64,000 bases of DNA from Chrysomallon squamiferum (GCA_012295275.1 CM022676.1:3906001-3970000), one strand, 5' to 3'; positions 13,451-26,805 are shown, counted from the stretch's first letter. The notes: generated from the letters alone by a model not told the origin. Translations and numbers: made by a program.

Positions 13451-15355
13451 ATGGCGGATGCCGAGTTCTTGAGGCAGGTTTCTCAGGAGCTCTGCGTCTG
13501 CTCCGTCTGCACCGACGTCCAGCGAGAGCCCCGACTTCTGCCGTGCCTTCACACTTTCTGCAAGAGGTGTCTGAACACGCACATCGAAAACGAGGTCAGC
13601 CGCCACGGAAAGAGAAGCTTCGCGTGTCCCGACTGCAGGCAGGTCCTAACGCTGCCCTCGAACGCGCAGAAAGGTTGCTATGGAGACGCGTTTCAGGCGG
13701 ACTCGTTCATCGGCAAGCTGCTCGACGTCATTTCGGCGTACGCCGAAGGCAAGACCTGCGACTTGTGCAAGACAGGGGAGGTAACCGCGCCGGCTGTGAA
13801 CTGGTGCATGGACTGCTACGAGGCGCTGTGCTCCGCCTGCACGAAGGTCCACCTTCACGGGACGCCGACAGCCGAGCACGTCGTCACCGACCTCAACGAG
13901 ATGAGGGCGCTGACTCTGGAGAACGTCATGAAAAGAAAACGCGACGTGCCCTGCCACAAGCACCGAGGGGAGATAATCAAAATGTACTGCGTGGACTGCA
14001 GGCAGCCGCTCTGCGTGCAGTGCTCCGCCATCACTCACCGTAAGTGCGACAACTGCGTCACCGTCGTGGACGCCATGGCGTCGAGAGAAGCGGACGTCAC
14101 GGAGATCATGACGCAGATCGCAACGCTCGTGAACGTTCCTGAGAAACCTATCAAAGAGGACGACGCTTTGGAGGTCCTGGAAGAGACCGTCCGCAGGTCC
14201 GAAGACAGAATAAGAAACCTGGCCGAAGACCTGAGAAGGAAAATAGACGAAAGCGAGCGCCTCCTTCTGGAAAAGCTCAGATCCGCGTCCTCGGATCTCA
14301 GAAACCAGCTGAACAGAAGTCGAAATTCGGCTCCGAAGTTGGACCGAAACGAAATACTCCTGGCGGCAGGCAGACGGATGGAGGGTTTACTGAAATACGG
14401 CAGCGACGTCGAGATCCTGCAGGTTCTGGACGCTGTGAAAGACACTGAAAATGCCGCCGCGCTTAACAACGACAGCGGTCTGCAACAAGAAGAAGGCGAA
14501 CACTTGATGTTTCGCATCAACTTCGCCGTCGACAGCGCCGTGAAGACGTTCGTCCGCGACTTCGAGTCCCTGGGCGACATCCAAGTCGAGGACTGCAACT
14601 CGGACGACGGGCTCTCGTCGTGGGGGGTCTGCTGCACGTCGAAAGGGGAGATAATCGTTGCGGACTGTCGGAACAAGAAGGTTCAGAAGTTCACCAGCAA
14701 CGGCGACCTCATCGACCAGACGCAGATCAGCGAAGAACCGCGGGACTTGACGAGCTGCGGCGGAGAGGACGTTGCCATAACGATAAACAAAAAACTCATT
14801 TTCTACATCTCCACGGCGGGCCAGATAACTTTAAAGAAGAAGATAAAAACGACGAAACAGTACGACAGCATTTCCATGTCGCCCGACATGGGTTCTCTGC
14901 TCGTCAGCTCCATGGCGGAAAAATCCATTGACGTCATATCGTTGGAAGGGGAAGTAATGCGGTCTTTTAACGTCGACGCTGGCGGCGTTCCAATTTTCGA
15001 TCAACCTCGTTACGTCTACTTCTCACGGGAAGGTAACTACGTCGTCACTGACGTGTCTCGGAATTCGGTGAAATGCATATCACCAGAAGGCAGCTTGGTG
15101 TATACTTACCATCCGGACGGAGCTCATATTCTGTGCAAACCGCAAAGTTTGTGCGGCGACAAAATCGGCAACGTCTTCATCGCCGACTACGCCAACAGCC
15201 GGATTCAGCTGATCACGAACGAAGGCCATTTCCAACGATTTGTTCTCTCGCGAGAAAGTGGACTGTCGCGACCTGTCGCCATTACGATGACGTCATCAGA
15301 CAAACTCATCGTCGTTCAGAGTGACGGAATGGTAAAAGTATTCAGCTACGAATGA
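13451..15355 (+). CDS. TRIM-A: RING-Bbox-Bbox-coiled-coil-NHL E3 ubiquitin ligase (TRIM2/3/56/71-like), 634 aa, single coding exon
   Basis: Start caaaATGG at 13451, downstream of a splice acceptor at 13380. RING CSVC...PCLHTFCKRC...CPDC; B-boxes CDLC...CMDCYEALCSAC and CHKH...YCVDCRQPLCVQC; helical segment; NHL repeats (IIVADCRNKKVQKF, YVVTDVSRNSVKCI, VFIADYANSRIQLI). GC-rich coding composition. Confidence 0.95.
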   Translation: MADAEFLRQVSQELCVCSVCTDVQREPRLLPCLHTFCKRCLNTHIENEVSRHGKRSFACPDCRQVLTLPSNAQKGCYGDAFQADSFIGKLLDVISAYAEGKTCDLCKTGEVTAPAVNWCMDCYEALCSACTKVHLHGTPTAEHVVTDLNEMRALTLENVMKRKRDVPCHKHRGEIIKMYCVDCRQPLCVQCSAITHRKCDNCVTVVDAMASREADVTEIMTQIATLVNVPEKPIKEDDALEVLEETVRRSEDRIRNLAEDLRRKIDESERLLLEKLRSASSDLRNQLNRSRNSAPKLDRNEILLAAGRRMEGLLKYGSDVEILQVLDAVKDTENAAALNNDSGLQQEEGEHLMFRINFAVDSAVKTFVRDFESLGDIQVEDCNSDDGLSSWGVCCTSKGEIIVADCRNKKVQKFTSNGDLIDQTQISEEPRDLTSCGGEDVAITINKKLIFYISTAGQITLKKKIKTTKQYDSISMSPDMGSLLVSSMAEKSIDVISLEGEVMRSFNVDAGGVPIFDQPRYVYFSREGNYVVTDVSRNSVKCISPEGSLVYTYHPDGAHILCKPQSLCGDKIGNVFIADYANSRIQLITNEGHFQRFVLSRESGLSRPVAITMTSSDKLIVVQSDGMVKVFSYE

Positions 15356-15916
15356 CCCGGGCCCATGAAGGTGAGGTTCAAGGTCACCTGCTGGTGTCCG
15401 AGATGCATCAAGAAAATGGAAGACCAGAATTCCAGAAACGAAGCAGAAGAAACCGAGTAAAGTTATGGCGTACGAGAAAACAGTTGCCATAGCAACGCAC
15501 CACCTCAGTTTGTACCGCCGATGAAAACAAGCGTCTTAGTGAGCAGTTGTGACGTCAAATCGATTAATGACGACAAATACCAAAATCATACATATTTTAA
15601 CTTCATGAAATGAATACCTTGACGTCATTTCACGTTCTTGGAATATAGTCTGAATAATACCTTCAAAAGATAAAACTAAAAATATATAATGAATGTAATT
15701 GAGGTTCCTCAGCAGTTGGATGTTCAGTTCGATTAAAAAATGGATTCGTTCCTTTCATTGTTATTTCAACTGCTGCCGCATATATGATATTGATGACGAT
15801 GATGATGATGATGACGTTGAAGATGAGTATAATTGTGAAAATGTTCTGACAATTGTAATATCAATATAGCTTATAAGAATTATTGTAGTTTATTTGTATA
15901 ATCTTTATTATTATTA

Positions 15917-15981
<65 letters not shown>

Positions 15982-16080
15982 TATTATTATTATTATTCAG
16001 GGAGCATTAAACAGAGAAAGTTCAGGTCTATATTTAAGACTGAACACATTTCTGTTTGACAAAAACAGCAACAACAACAA

Positions 16081-16123
<43 letters not shown>

Positions 16124-16530
16124 CGAATGAATGAATGAATGACATAAACGATTATATAATGACCCTAACCATGAAAAGAGTTATCCATAATTAATTTGCT
16201 TTATAAATTATTTTTGTTGTTGTTGTTGCTGTCAATGTTGTTGTTTAACTGAAAACCATTATGATTTAGAAAATGTAACTTATTCAAATCTCGTTTTATT
16301 CTATTTTAGATCTACTGTGGCATTTTATTGTATTGATTAACTGATTGATTGATTAGTTCAGTTTTACTTCAGCTTTTTATTTATGAAATCGAAGGTAGAC
16401 TGTTATTACAGATTAGTAATCAGAAGGGATAAGTTTAAAACTAAACGTAATTTTAATTTCATGAAACTTAGGTTAAAGATAGATCGCCTTCAGTTTTATG
16501 ATGAACAATATTCCTGGCCATTTTGGATAT

Positions 16531-16561
<31 letters not shown>

Positions 16562-16757
16562 TTTGTTTATTGTACCACAACAGAATAGCTGACATTTTGA
16601 TTGTTATAATAATGTCACATCGTAGACAGAAATGTTCAAACTTTTAGAAAAGCCGTATTTTCATTTATTTATTTACTTACTTATTTATTTCTGTTTTATA
16701 CGAAATTATATCCTGATAAAATCGAGAAATTAATTGGCTCTCATTTATCCAGTTATA

Positions 16758-16841
<84 letters not shown>

Positions 16842-17305
16842 GATTTCACATGTCTTCAATATTAATGTTCTCTTTATTTACAAGCTAAACAGTCGTAGAT
16901 GATAACCTATTGTCAGATCGTTAGGGAAAAAAAACTGTATCATTTTATTCACTCTTACCACTTTCGAAACGTTGTCTCTGCTCAATTAGATAACTTAATA
17001 TCTCTCCCCGCTTCAATTTCTCACTGATAATTTTATTGTTTAGATCTAGCCTTGAGGAATCGTTTTTCTTCTTCTTTATTTCTTACTGTTGATGCAAATG
17101 GTATGACTGACGCTAACATGCGGACTTTGAATTGAATGTCAATAAAGAAAAAAAGAAAATTTAGCTGATATCACTTATTAAAACGTTGACATTTTTGTTG
17201 TTACAAAAGTAACATTTGCTTTTACGTCGTCTGCAATTTTGCAATGGTATTTTGAAAACAGACGTAACACATTGTAAAGTGGAAGTTTGCACAAACCGAT
17301 AACGT

Positions 17306-17349
<44 letters not shown>

Positions 17350-18626
17350 GTAATAATAATAATAAAATCGTGAAATACAGCAAATCATAGCAAATCGTTG
17401 AAGTAAAATGCCTTCGACCTGGATACCGTCTTAAAAATGTACTTCCAAAAGTCTGCTTAGACGCTTCTTCTCATAGGTTATAGAAAATCTTTGTCGTTTC
17501 TAGATGTTTCTATGACGTAGTCAGCCTGAAACTCTCCGAGTGGTTGAATTCTGATGACATCACATCTGGTCACGTGCGAAGGGCTTCTCGTGCACGAAGT
17601 GGTGTGTTTCTTCCAATGTATAATTTCATCGTAGCTTTAGTATTTAAATGTTTTCCTTTCTTTCTTTGTTTCTTCTTTCTTTCTCTCTGATTTAATCTCT
17701 GTCTACCTCTTCTCCTTTCCTAACACTTTTCCTTTCTTTAATATATTTATTTATTTTTGTTGTTGTTTTCTTTTTGGGCTTTTTTTGCCGTGTTTGTCTT
17801 TCTTGGTGATGGGAACCTGTTTTTACCATTTTGTGAACTCTACTACCATTTTATAATTAACATTGTGAAAGATTAGTGTTTGCTTTGTTCATTTAGATTC
17901 TCTGCAGTAATTTTGTAATCGTATTTATTCACTTAATATTTGTATATATAAATATTATGTTTTATTAATAATTATTATGGTATTATTATTTCAATTAAAC
18001 ACTGAAATTTGCTGTTCTTGTCTTTACTTTATAGCTGTTTCGAAACGCACATTCAATCATTTATATACATGCATACATACATACATACATACATACATAC
18101 ATACATACAAATATATACGTATATGCACGTGCACTCAAAACAATGTTTGAATGTTAACATTAAACGTACAGATGTCCGCACAAACATTCATATGTCACAC
18201 AAACGTTCATGCAAATAAAATAACAATAACTATATATTATATATACAATAAAATCAATCTATCAGTCTGTCAGTAAAAGACTTTACACAAACAGAATTGC
18301 TCTCATTCAGAATTTTGGAACGGGACATTATGGATTTAGTTTCCTAGCACAAACTGCTTAAAGGTGAAAATATTTCACCTGGTAGTTTCAGTATAAGCAT
18401 GCCCTAACTATCATTTATACACAATTATTTTTTTTTTAAATAACAATAATAAAAATGTGTCGACTCCAAAACCAGTTCCATTGTACTTGTGCCTGACTAA
18501 TTTACTTGAGATTTTATAAACTATTTTCACTTATCAGTAACATAACATATCGTAGATATAATAAATTACATTCAGTTCATACCTGAACAAACATGTCATG
18601 GTGGCAAATATATTTAGTGCTGCAAT

Positions 18627-18676
18627 GGGGAATCCCCACAACATTCCAGCTGACGTCATATCGAAACAAAATGGCG
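18627..18676 (+). promoter_or_regulatory. kB site (GGGGAATCCCC), CRE (TGACGTCA) and YY1-like AAAATGGCG before TRIM-B1
   Basis: kB 18627-18637, CRE 18651-18658. The kB site recurs at 28236, 32946 and 37323. Confidence 0.6.
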
Positions 18677-20658
18677 ACGAAAGGTGACGGGTGCGCCGAT
18701 ACGTGCGGCATTTGTTTGAGCAGATTTAACAATCCGAAGATTCTGCCGTGCTTTCATACGTACTGCTGTCAGTGTTTACAGCAGCTGGTTTCTCAGTCTG
18801 GAGAAAACGAAGAACTTAAATGCCCCGCCTGCCGCCACGTTGTGTCACTGCCAGAAGGCGGCGTCACGAAACTACAGACGAACTTTTACGTGGAAGCGAA
18901 AATTGAGAAGAACAGACGCAGCTGTGAAGAGTCGAACTGCGGCATCTGCGAACAGAAAGCAAGTCACGTCTGCCACGAGTGTGACGTTCTTTTATGCGAT
19001 TCGTGCGTGAAGCATCACAAAATCATTCCAGCCACTAAAGCGCATGCGCTAATTGTTCTAACCGATGAGCTCGTTATATCGAAAGATGTATTTTGTGAAA
19101 AACACAAGGAAGAAAAATTGATATTTTATTGCAAGGTCTGTGAAACTGTTATTTGTCTCTTCTGTAAACTGACTGCTCACGAGCATCATGCTACCGTTGA
19201 CATCAGCGATGTTGTCGTGACGGCTCGTCAAAGTTTGACTAAAACGAAGACGAAACTGGAATCCTGTCTTCTCACAACTGAGAAAACACTGAAACTGATA
19301 AAGGACGATGAAGCTGCGACACAGTCGTTAATCGAAAACACGAAACAAGAACTGAACAACGTCGCTGACGATGTTGTGAACATTGTTAACCGCATTAGAC
19401 GCGAAGGACTTGAAAAGCTGGAAGAATTGCCAGAGAAAACAACATTAAGAAAGTCAAGGAAGTTGTAACACAACGTAAACAGTTTCTTAACGGTCAGGTG
19501 AGTCACATAGTAAACATGCTGAGTTATGGTCTCGACAGCGACATCATCACTGTTGACGTGGACATGAAAAACAGATTACCTGAAGTAGAAAATGATTCCT
19601 TGGAAGTTCCAAGTTTTCATGATCTAATAGGTGATAGTACCCAACCCCTCATTCGTTTGGAAAGCATTCGATGTTATGCCATCAACAGTAGAGAAGATAA
19701 TACAAGAACTGTGCCCAGCTTTGAAGAACATGGAAGAGTAAAAAAACAGTTTGTTTGTGGAAATGGTGAAGTAAGATCCATACAAGTGAAAGAGGAAAAC
19801 AAGAAGTACATTGTTGCTTCAGATTTGAATGAAGACAGCGAAGAGTATTATCTTTTGCTATATATAGAAAATTGTATGCAAACAAAGATAGAAATTTCAA
19901 AAAATAGTTTTGAACACGACAGTATTTCAAAAATAGTCAGGGATTATTCAGCAGTGATGGAAGCAAAATTAAGGAAAATGTTTGATGAACTAGAACCTGA
20001 ATATTTTGAAACTTATGTAGAAGACCAAATTGAGAAAATGCCTCAATTACAACCTGAATATTTTGAAGAAGAAATTTATACGACAGAAACTGTACAGGAA
20101 ATCATTTCCAATGTTGAGTTGTCAGTCTGTTCTGAAATTGATGAAGGACTACCTGACCTCAGCGAAATAAATGAAGCATTCAATGGTATAAAAGAAAACA
20201 GCAGAGATACAGACAATGGTTTACATCTACCAGAAATCTGTCCTCACAGTAATGTAAACAACACTGGAAGCAGAAATACTGACAATGGTGAAAAGGAAAA
20301 TCTTCATGGTGACATCAATTCAAGAGGAGACAAATGTGTAGCAGATCATGGTAAAAACTGTGTTCGTATTGAACTTGCAGAAGGCATTTCAAAGATCATA
20401 AACATCAATCCTTTTTCAAAACCTGCTGATAAATTTGAGCCACAGGATGTATGCTGGGGTAAGGATAATGAAATTTACATAGTAGACTGTGGCTCTAACA
20501 TGATTTTTGTGTACCATTTGGAAGAAAGAATTCTGAAGAAGCTTGTCATACATGGGGAAATGCTCTTTCCATCTTGTGTTGATATGGATACTGATGGCAT
20601 GCTGTGGATTGGACAGACATATGGAGGAGTAGCAGTATGTGAAATCCACAAAAACTAA
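18671..20658 (+). pseudogene. TRIM-B1: RBCC-NHL, frameshifted by a 1-nt deletion near 19425 (real lesion or assembly error)
   Basis: 1988 nt versus 1989 nt for copy 2. gaagaattgcc here versus gaagacattgcc in copies 3-5. ORFs 18593..19468 and 19498..20658 together reconstruct the copy 2 protein. Confidence 0.8.
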
Positions 20659-20694
20659 ACAAGTCAAGAAACGATAACACACACACACACAGAG

Positions 20695-21000
20695 GTAAAT
20701 TTGATGCCACTGCTACTACAACAACTGATACTATTAAATTTTCTGACACTACTGCATCACGTGAAACTATTAAAGTTTATGATACTACTACTACAACTGA
20801 TACTGTTAAATTTAATGACATTACTACAACATTTGGTACCACTGAATTTAATGATACAACAGTTCATATGATTTGATGATACTACTACACCAACTGATAC
20901 TATTACATTTGATGATACTACTACTACAGCTGATACTAAATTTGAGGATACTACTAAAACAACTGATACTATTAAATTTAATGACAATACTACTGGAACT
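20695..21000 (+). repeat. Degenerate ~33-39-bp minisatellite (ACAACTGATACTATTAAATTTGATGATACTACTACT) in the TRIM-B 3' flank; also about 25410-25720 and 39200-39410
   Basis: Recurrent gatactattaaattt units downstream of copies 1, 2 and 5. Confidence 0.75.
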
Positions 21001-21213
21001 ACTACTACTACCAATATTCCAACTACCATTTATTAACACTGCTTCTACTTCAACAGCTACTGCTGTTTTACTTCTGTCACTACTGACACTAGTATTACTT
21101 AGTTTACTAGTATAACAACTCTATTAATACTATTTGTATCATTACTACTACTGCTACTGCTATAATATTTATATTATAAATAACATTATTTTTGCTGCTG
21201 CAGTTAAATTTTA

Positions 21214-21268
<55 letters not shown>

Positions 21269-21995
21269 AAGCATTAAAGATAAAAATTCAGAAAAACAAC
21301 ATATCCATATTTATGACTGAACACCTTTCAGTTTGACAAATACAGGAACAACAACAATAAATAAACAAATAAATAAGTAAGGATAATAATAATGATCAAC
21401 GACATAAACGATTCTCTTACAACCAGTTACATGATCTTAACCATCAAAAGAACTATGAATTATTAATTTTCTTTATATTATTATTATTATTGCTGTTACT
21501 GTTACTGTTGTTGTTTAAATGGAAACCATTATGAGTTAGAAAACGTCGTTTAAATCTCATTGTATAATATTTTAGGTCTACTGTAATAGGTTACTGTACT
21601 GATTAACTGATTGACTGATTGATTAGTTCAATTTTACTTCAGCTATTTATTTATGAAATAGAAGGAAGACGTATTACAGATTAGTGACCAGAAAGAATAA
21701 GTATAAAATTAAACGTGATTTTAGTTTCGTGAATGTTAGGTTAAAGCTAGAAGCTAAACAATTGCAGATTATGATCTATGGAGAGATCGGGGGAAAACAA
21801 TATTTATTATTTTATTCACTTTTACGACTTCTGAAACCTTGTCTGCTCCTTTAGATAATTTACAACCTCTCCTCGCTTCAAAATATGAGTCATAATTTTA
21901 CAGTTTAGTTCAAGCCTTGAGCAATCATTTCTTTTCTTCTTTTTTTTTTTTTTTTTTTTCTTATTATTATTATTCGGTTTGGTTTCTTGCACTGC

Positions 21996-22054
<59 letters not shown>

Positions 22055-22427
22055 AATAAATGTAAGATAAAATAAAAAATTTGCGATCATTATCGCTGCC
22101 TATACTCAAACAACATTTAATTATCATTATATAATGCAGCTCGAATTAACTTCGTTTTCAACAAAACTGACCTTGTTATTTCCTTCACATGTTTACCTAA
22201 CATTTACTGATAAAATAAGAATGATTGATGCTAATAGGCGGACTTTGAACTGAACGTTGATCAAGAAAAAATTAAAATTGAGCTGATATCACTTATTAAA
22301 ACTTTGACATTTTTGTTGTAGTAAAAGTAACACTTGTTTGTTCGTCGTTTGCAATTTTGACTGCAATGGTATTTAGAAAACAGACGTAACACATTGTAAA
22401 ATGGAAGTTTGCACAAACCGATAACGT

Positions 22428-22496
<69 letters not shown>

Positions 22497-23380
22497 TAAT
22501 AATATTAATAATAAAATCGATAAATGCAAGAAATTATAGCAAATATATATATAAATATTTTCTTTTTTTTGCCATGTTTGTTTCTTGGTGATGGGAACCT
22601 GTTTTTACCACTTTGTGAAGTCTACTATCATTTTATAATTAACATGGTGAAAGATTAGTGTTTGCTTTGTTCATTTAGATTCTCTGCAGTAATTTTGTAA
22701 TCGTATTTATTCACTTAATATTTGTGTATATAAATATTATGTTTTATTAATAATTATTATGGTATTATTATTTCAATTAAACACTGAAATTTGCTGTTCT
22801 TGTCTTTACTTTATAGTTGTTTCGAAACGAACATTCAATCTCTTATATACATACATACATACATACATACATACATACATACATACATACATGCATACAT
22901 ACATACATACATATATACATGCATGCATACATACATACATACATACATACATACATACATACATACATACATACATACATAGATACGCATACGCATGTGC
23001 ACTCAAAACAGTGTTTGAATGTTAACATTAAACGTAAAGATGTCTGCACAAACATTCATATGTCACACAAACGTTCATGCAAATAAAATAACTATACATT
23101 ATATATACAATAAAATCAATCTGTCAGTCTGTCAGTAAAAGCCTTTACACAAACAGAATTGCTCTCATTCAGTTTATGCCTAAATTGCAGTATTACCATA
23201 ACAAAATAAGTAAAGAAAAAAAAAAAAAAAAAAAAAAAAAGAAGAGAAAAGAAAACAAGAACAAACGACAAAAGAGAACAGAGAAACATTGTTATCTTTG
23301 TAAATTTATTTAGTAACCGATAACCCGCAATGAAATGAGGTGTCCCCATAACATTCCAATCGACGTCATATCGAAACAAA

Positions 23381-25369
23381 ATGGCGACGAAAGGTGACGG
23401 GTGCTCCGATACGTGCGGCATTTGTTTGAGCAGATTTAACAATCCGAAGATTCTGCCGTGCTTTCATACGTACTGCTGTCAGTGTTTACAGCAGCTGGTT
23501 TCTCAGTCTGGAGAAAACGAAGAACTTAAATGCCCCGCCTGCCGCCACGTTGTGTCACTGCCAGAAGGCGGCGTCACGAAACTACAGACGAACTTTTACG
23601 TGGAAGCGAAAATTGAGAAGAACAGACGCAGCTGTGAAGAGTCGAACTGCGGCGTCTGCGATCAGAAAGCAAGTCACGTCTGCCACGAGTGTGACATTCT
23701 TTTATGTGATTCGTGCGTGAAGCATCACAAAGTCATTCCGGCCAGTAGAGGGCATGCGCTAATTGTTCTAACCGACGAGCTCGTTATATCGAAAGATGTA
23801 TTTTGTGACAAACACAAGGAAGAAAAATTACGATTTTATTGCAAGGTCTGTGAAAATGTTATTTGTCTCTTCTGTAAACTGACTGCTCACGAGCATCATG
23901 CTACCGTTGACGTCAGCGATGTTGTCGTGACGGCTCGTCAAAGTTTGACTAAAACGAAGACGAAACTGGAATCCTGTCTTCTCACAACTGAGGAAACATT
24001 GAAACTGATAAAGGACGACGAAGCTGCGACACAGTCGTTAATCGAAAACACGAAACAAGAACTGAACAACGTCGCTGACGATGTTGTGAACATTGTTAAC
24101 CGCATCAGACGCGAAGGACTTGCAAAGCTTGAAGACACTGCCAGAGAAAACAACGTTAAGAAAGTCAAGGAAGTTGTAACACGACGTAAAGAGTTTCTTA
24201 ACAGTCAGGTGAGTCACATAGTAAACATGCTGAGTTATGGTCTCGACAGCGACATCATTACTGTTGACGTGGACATGAAAAACAGATTACCTGAAGTAGA
24301 AAATGATTCCTTGGAAGTTCCAAGTGTTCATGATCTAACAGGTGATATTACCCAACCCCTCATTCGTTTGGAAAGTATTCGATGTTATGCCATCAACAGT
24401 GGAGAAGATAATACAAGAACTGTGCCCAGCTTTGAAGAACATGGAAGAGTAAAAAAACAGTTTGTTTGTGGAAATGGTGAAGTAAGATCCATACAAGTGA
24501 AAGAGGAAAACAAGAAGTACATTGTTGCTTCAGATTTGAATGAAGACAGCGAAGAGTATTATCTTTTGCTATATTCAGAAAATTGTATGCAAACAAAGAT
24601 AGAAATTTCAAAAAATAGTTTTGAACACGACAGTATTTCAAAAATAGTCAGGGATTATTCAGCAGTGATGGAAGCAAAATGTGAGAAAACGTTTGATGAA
24701 CTACAACCTGGATATTTTGAAACTTATGTAGAAGACCAAATTGAGAAAATGGCTGAATTACAAACTGAATATTTTGAAGAAGAAATTTATACGACAGGAA
24801 CTGTACAGGAAATCATTTCCAATGATGAGTTGTCAGTCTGTACTGAAATTGATGAAGGACTACCTGACCTCAGCGAAATAAATGAAGGATTCAATGGTAT
24901 AAAAGAAAACAGCAGAGATACAGACAATGGTTCACATCTACCAGAAATCTGTTCTCACAGTAATGTAAACAACACTGGAAGCAGAAATACTGACAACGGT
25001 GAAAAGGAAAATCTTCATGCTGACGTCAATTCAAGAGGAGACAAATGTGTAGCAGATCATGGTAAAAACTGTGTTCGTATTGAACTTGCAGAAGGCATTT
25101 CAAAGATCATAAACATCAATCCTTTTTCAAAACCTGCTGATAAATTTGAGCCACAGGATGTATGCTGGGGTAAGGATAATGAAATTTACATAGTAGACTG
25201 TGGCTCTAACATGATTTTTGTGTACCATTTGGAAGAAAGAATTCTGAAGAAGCTTGTCATACATGGGGAAATGCTCTTTCCATCTTGTGTTGATATGGAT
25301 ACTGATGGCATGCTGTGGATTGGACAGACATGTGGAGGAGTAGCAGTATGTGAAATCCACAAAAACTAA
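23381..25369 (+). CDS. TRIM-B2: intact intronless RING-Bbox-Bbox-CC protein with acidic insert and C-terminal NHL-like blades, 662 aa
   Basis: RING CGIC...PCFHTYCCQC...CPAC; B-boxes CGVC...CHEC...CDSC and CDKH...YCKVCENVICLFC...H; NHL-like FEPQDVCWGKDNEIYIVDCGSNMIFVY and LFPSCVDMDTDGMLWIG. Confidence 0.92.
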   Translation: MATKGDGCSDTCGICLSRFNNPKILPCFHTYCCQCLQQLVSQSGENEELKCPACRHVVSLPEGGVTKLQTNFYVEAKIEKNRRSCEESNCGVCDQKASHVCHECDILLCDSCVKHHKVIPASRGHALIVLTDELVISKDVFCDKHKEEKLRFYCKVCENVICLFCKLTAHEHHATVDVSDVVVTARQSLTKTKTKLESCLLTTEETLKLIKDDEAATQSLIENTKQELNNVADDVVNIVNRIRREGLAKLEDTARENNVKKVKEVVTRRKEFLNSQVSHIVNMLSYGLDSDIITVDVDMKNRLPEVENDSLEVPSVHDLTGDITQPLIRLESIRCYAINSGEDNTRTVPSFEEHGRVKKQFVCGNGEVRSIQVKEENKKYIVASDLNEDSEEYYLLLYSENCMQTKIEISKNSFEHDSISKIVRDYSAVMEAKCEKTFDELQPGYFETYVEDQIEKMAELQTEYFEEEIYTTGTVQEIISNDELSVCTEIDEGLPDLSEINEGFNGIKENSRDTDNGSHLPEICSHSNVNNTGSRNTDNGEKENLHADVNSRGDKCVADHGKNCVRIELAEGISKIININPFSKPADKFEPQDVCWGKDNEIYIVDCGSNMIFVYHLEERILKKLVIHGEMLFPSCVDMDTDGMLWIGQTCGGVAVCEIHKN

Positions 25370-26004
25370 ACAAGTCAAGAAACGATAACACACACACACA
25401 CACACAGAGGTAAATTTGATGCCACTGCTACTACAACAACTGATACTAGTAAATTGATGATACTACTACACCAAGTGAAACTATTAAATTTTATGATACT
25501 ACTACAACTGATACTGTTAAATTTAATGACATTACTACAACAGCGCATACTGTTAAATTTGATGGTACTACTAAATTTGATGCTTCTACTACAACATTTG
25601 GTACCACTGAATTTAATGATACAACAGTTCATATGATTTGATGATACTACTACTACAGCTGATACTAAATTTGAGGATACTACTAAAACAACTGATACTA
25701 TTAAATTTAATGACAATACTACCTGAAGGTCAGCTTTTTGTACCTGCTGTGGTACTATTGTTACAGAACATATAGTATTACTACTGGAACTACTACTACT
25801 ACCAATATTCCAACTACCATTTATTAACACTGCTTCTACTTCAACAGCTACTGCTGTTTTACTTCTGTCACTACTGATACTAGTATTAGTTAGTTTACTA
25901 GTATAACAGCTCTATTAATACTCTTTGTATCATTACTACTACTGCTACCGCTATAATATTTATATTATAAATAACATTATTTTTGCTGCTGCAGTTAAAT
26001 TTTA

Positions 26005-26068
<64 letters not shown>

Positions 26069-26805
26069 AAGAATTAAAGATAAAAATTCAGAAAAACAAC
26101 ATATCCATATTTATGACTGAACACCTTTCAGTTTGACAAATACAGGAACAACAACAATAAATAAACAAATAAATAAGTAAGGATAATAATAATGATGAAC
26201 GACATAAACGATTCTCTAACAACCAGTTACATGATCTTAACCATCAAAAGAACTATGAATTATTAATTTTCTTTATATTATTATTATTATTGCTGTTACT
26301 GTTACTGTTGTTGTTTAAATGGAAACCATTATGAGTTAGAAAACGTCGTTTAAATCTCATTGTATAATATTTTAGGTCTACTGTAATAGGTTACTGTACT
26401 GATTAACTGATTGACTGATTGATTAGTTCAATTTTACTTCAGCTATTTATTTATGAAATAGAAGGAAGACGTATTACAGATTAGTGACCAGAAGGAATAA
26501 GTATAAAATTAAACGTAATTTTAGTTTCGTGAATGTTAGGTTAAAGCTAGAAGCTAAACAATTGCAGATTATGATCTATGGAGAGATCTGGGGAAAACAA
26601 TATTTATTATTTTATTCACTTTTACGACTTCTGAAACCTTGTCTGCTCCTTTAGATAACTTACAACCTCTCCTCGCTTCAAAATATGAGTCATAATTTTA
26701 TAGTTTAGATCCAGCCTTGAGCGATCATTTCTTTTTTTTTTTCTTTTTTTTCATTTTTTCTTCTTCTTATTTTTATTCGGTTGGTTTCTGGCACTGCAGA
26801 ATATA

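Noticed and set aside
13370-15324. Overlapping and antisense ORFs inside TRIM-A and the TRIM-B copies
   Set aside because: Shadow frames of GC-rich coding sequence
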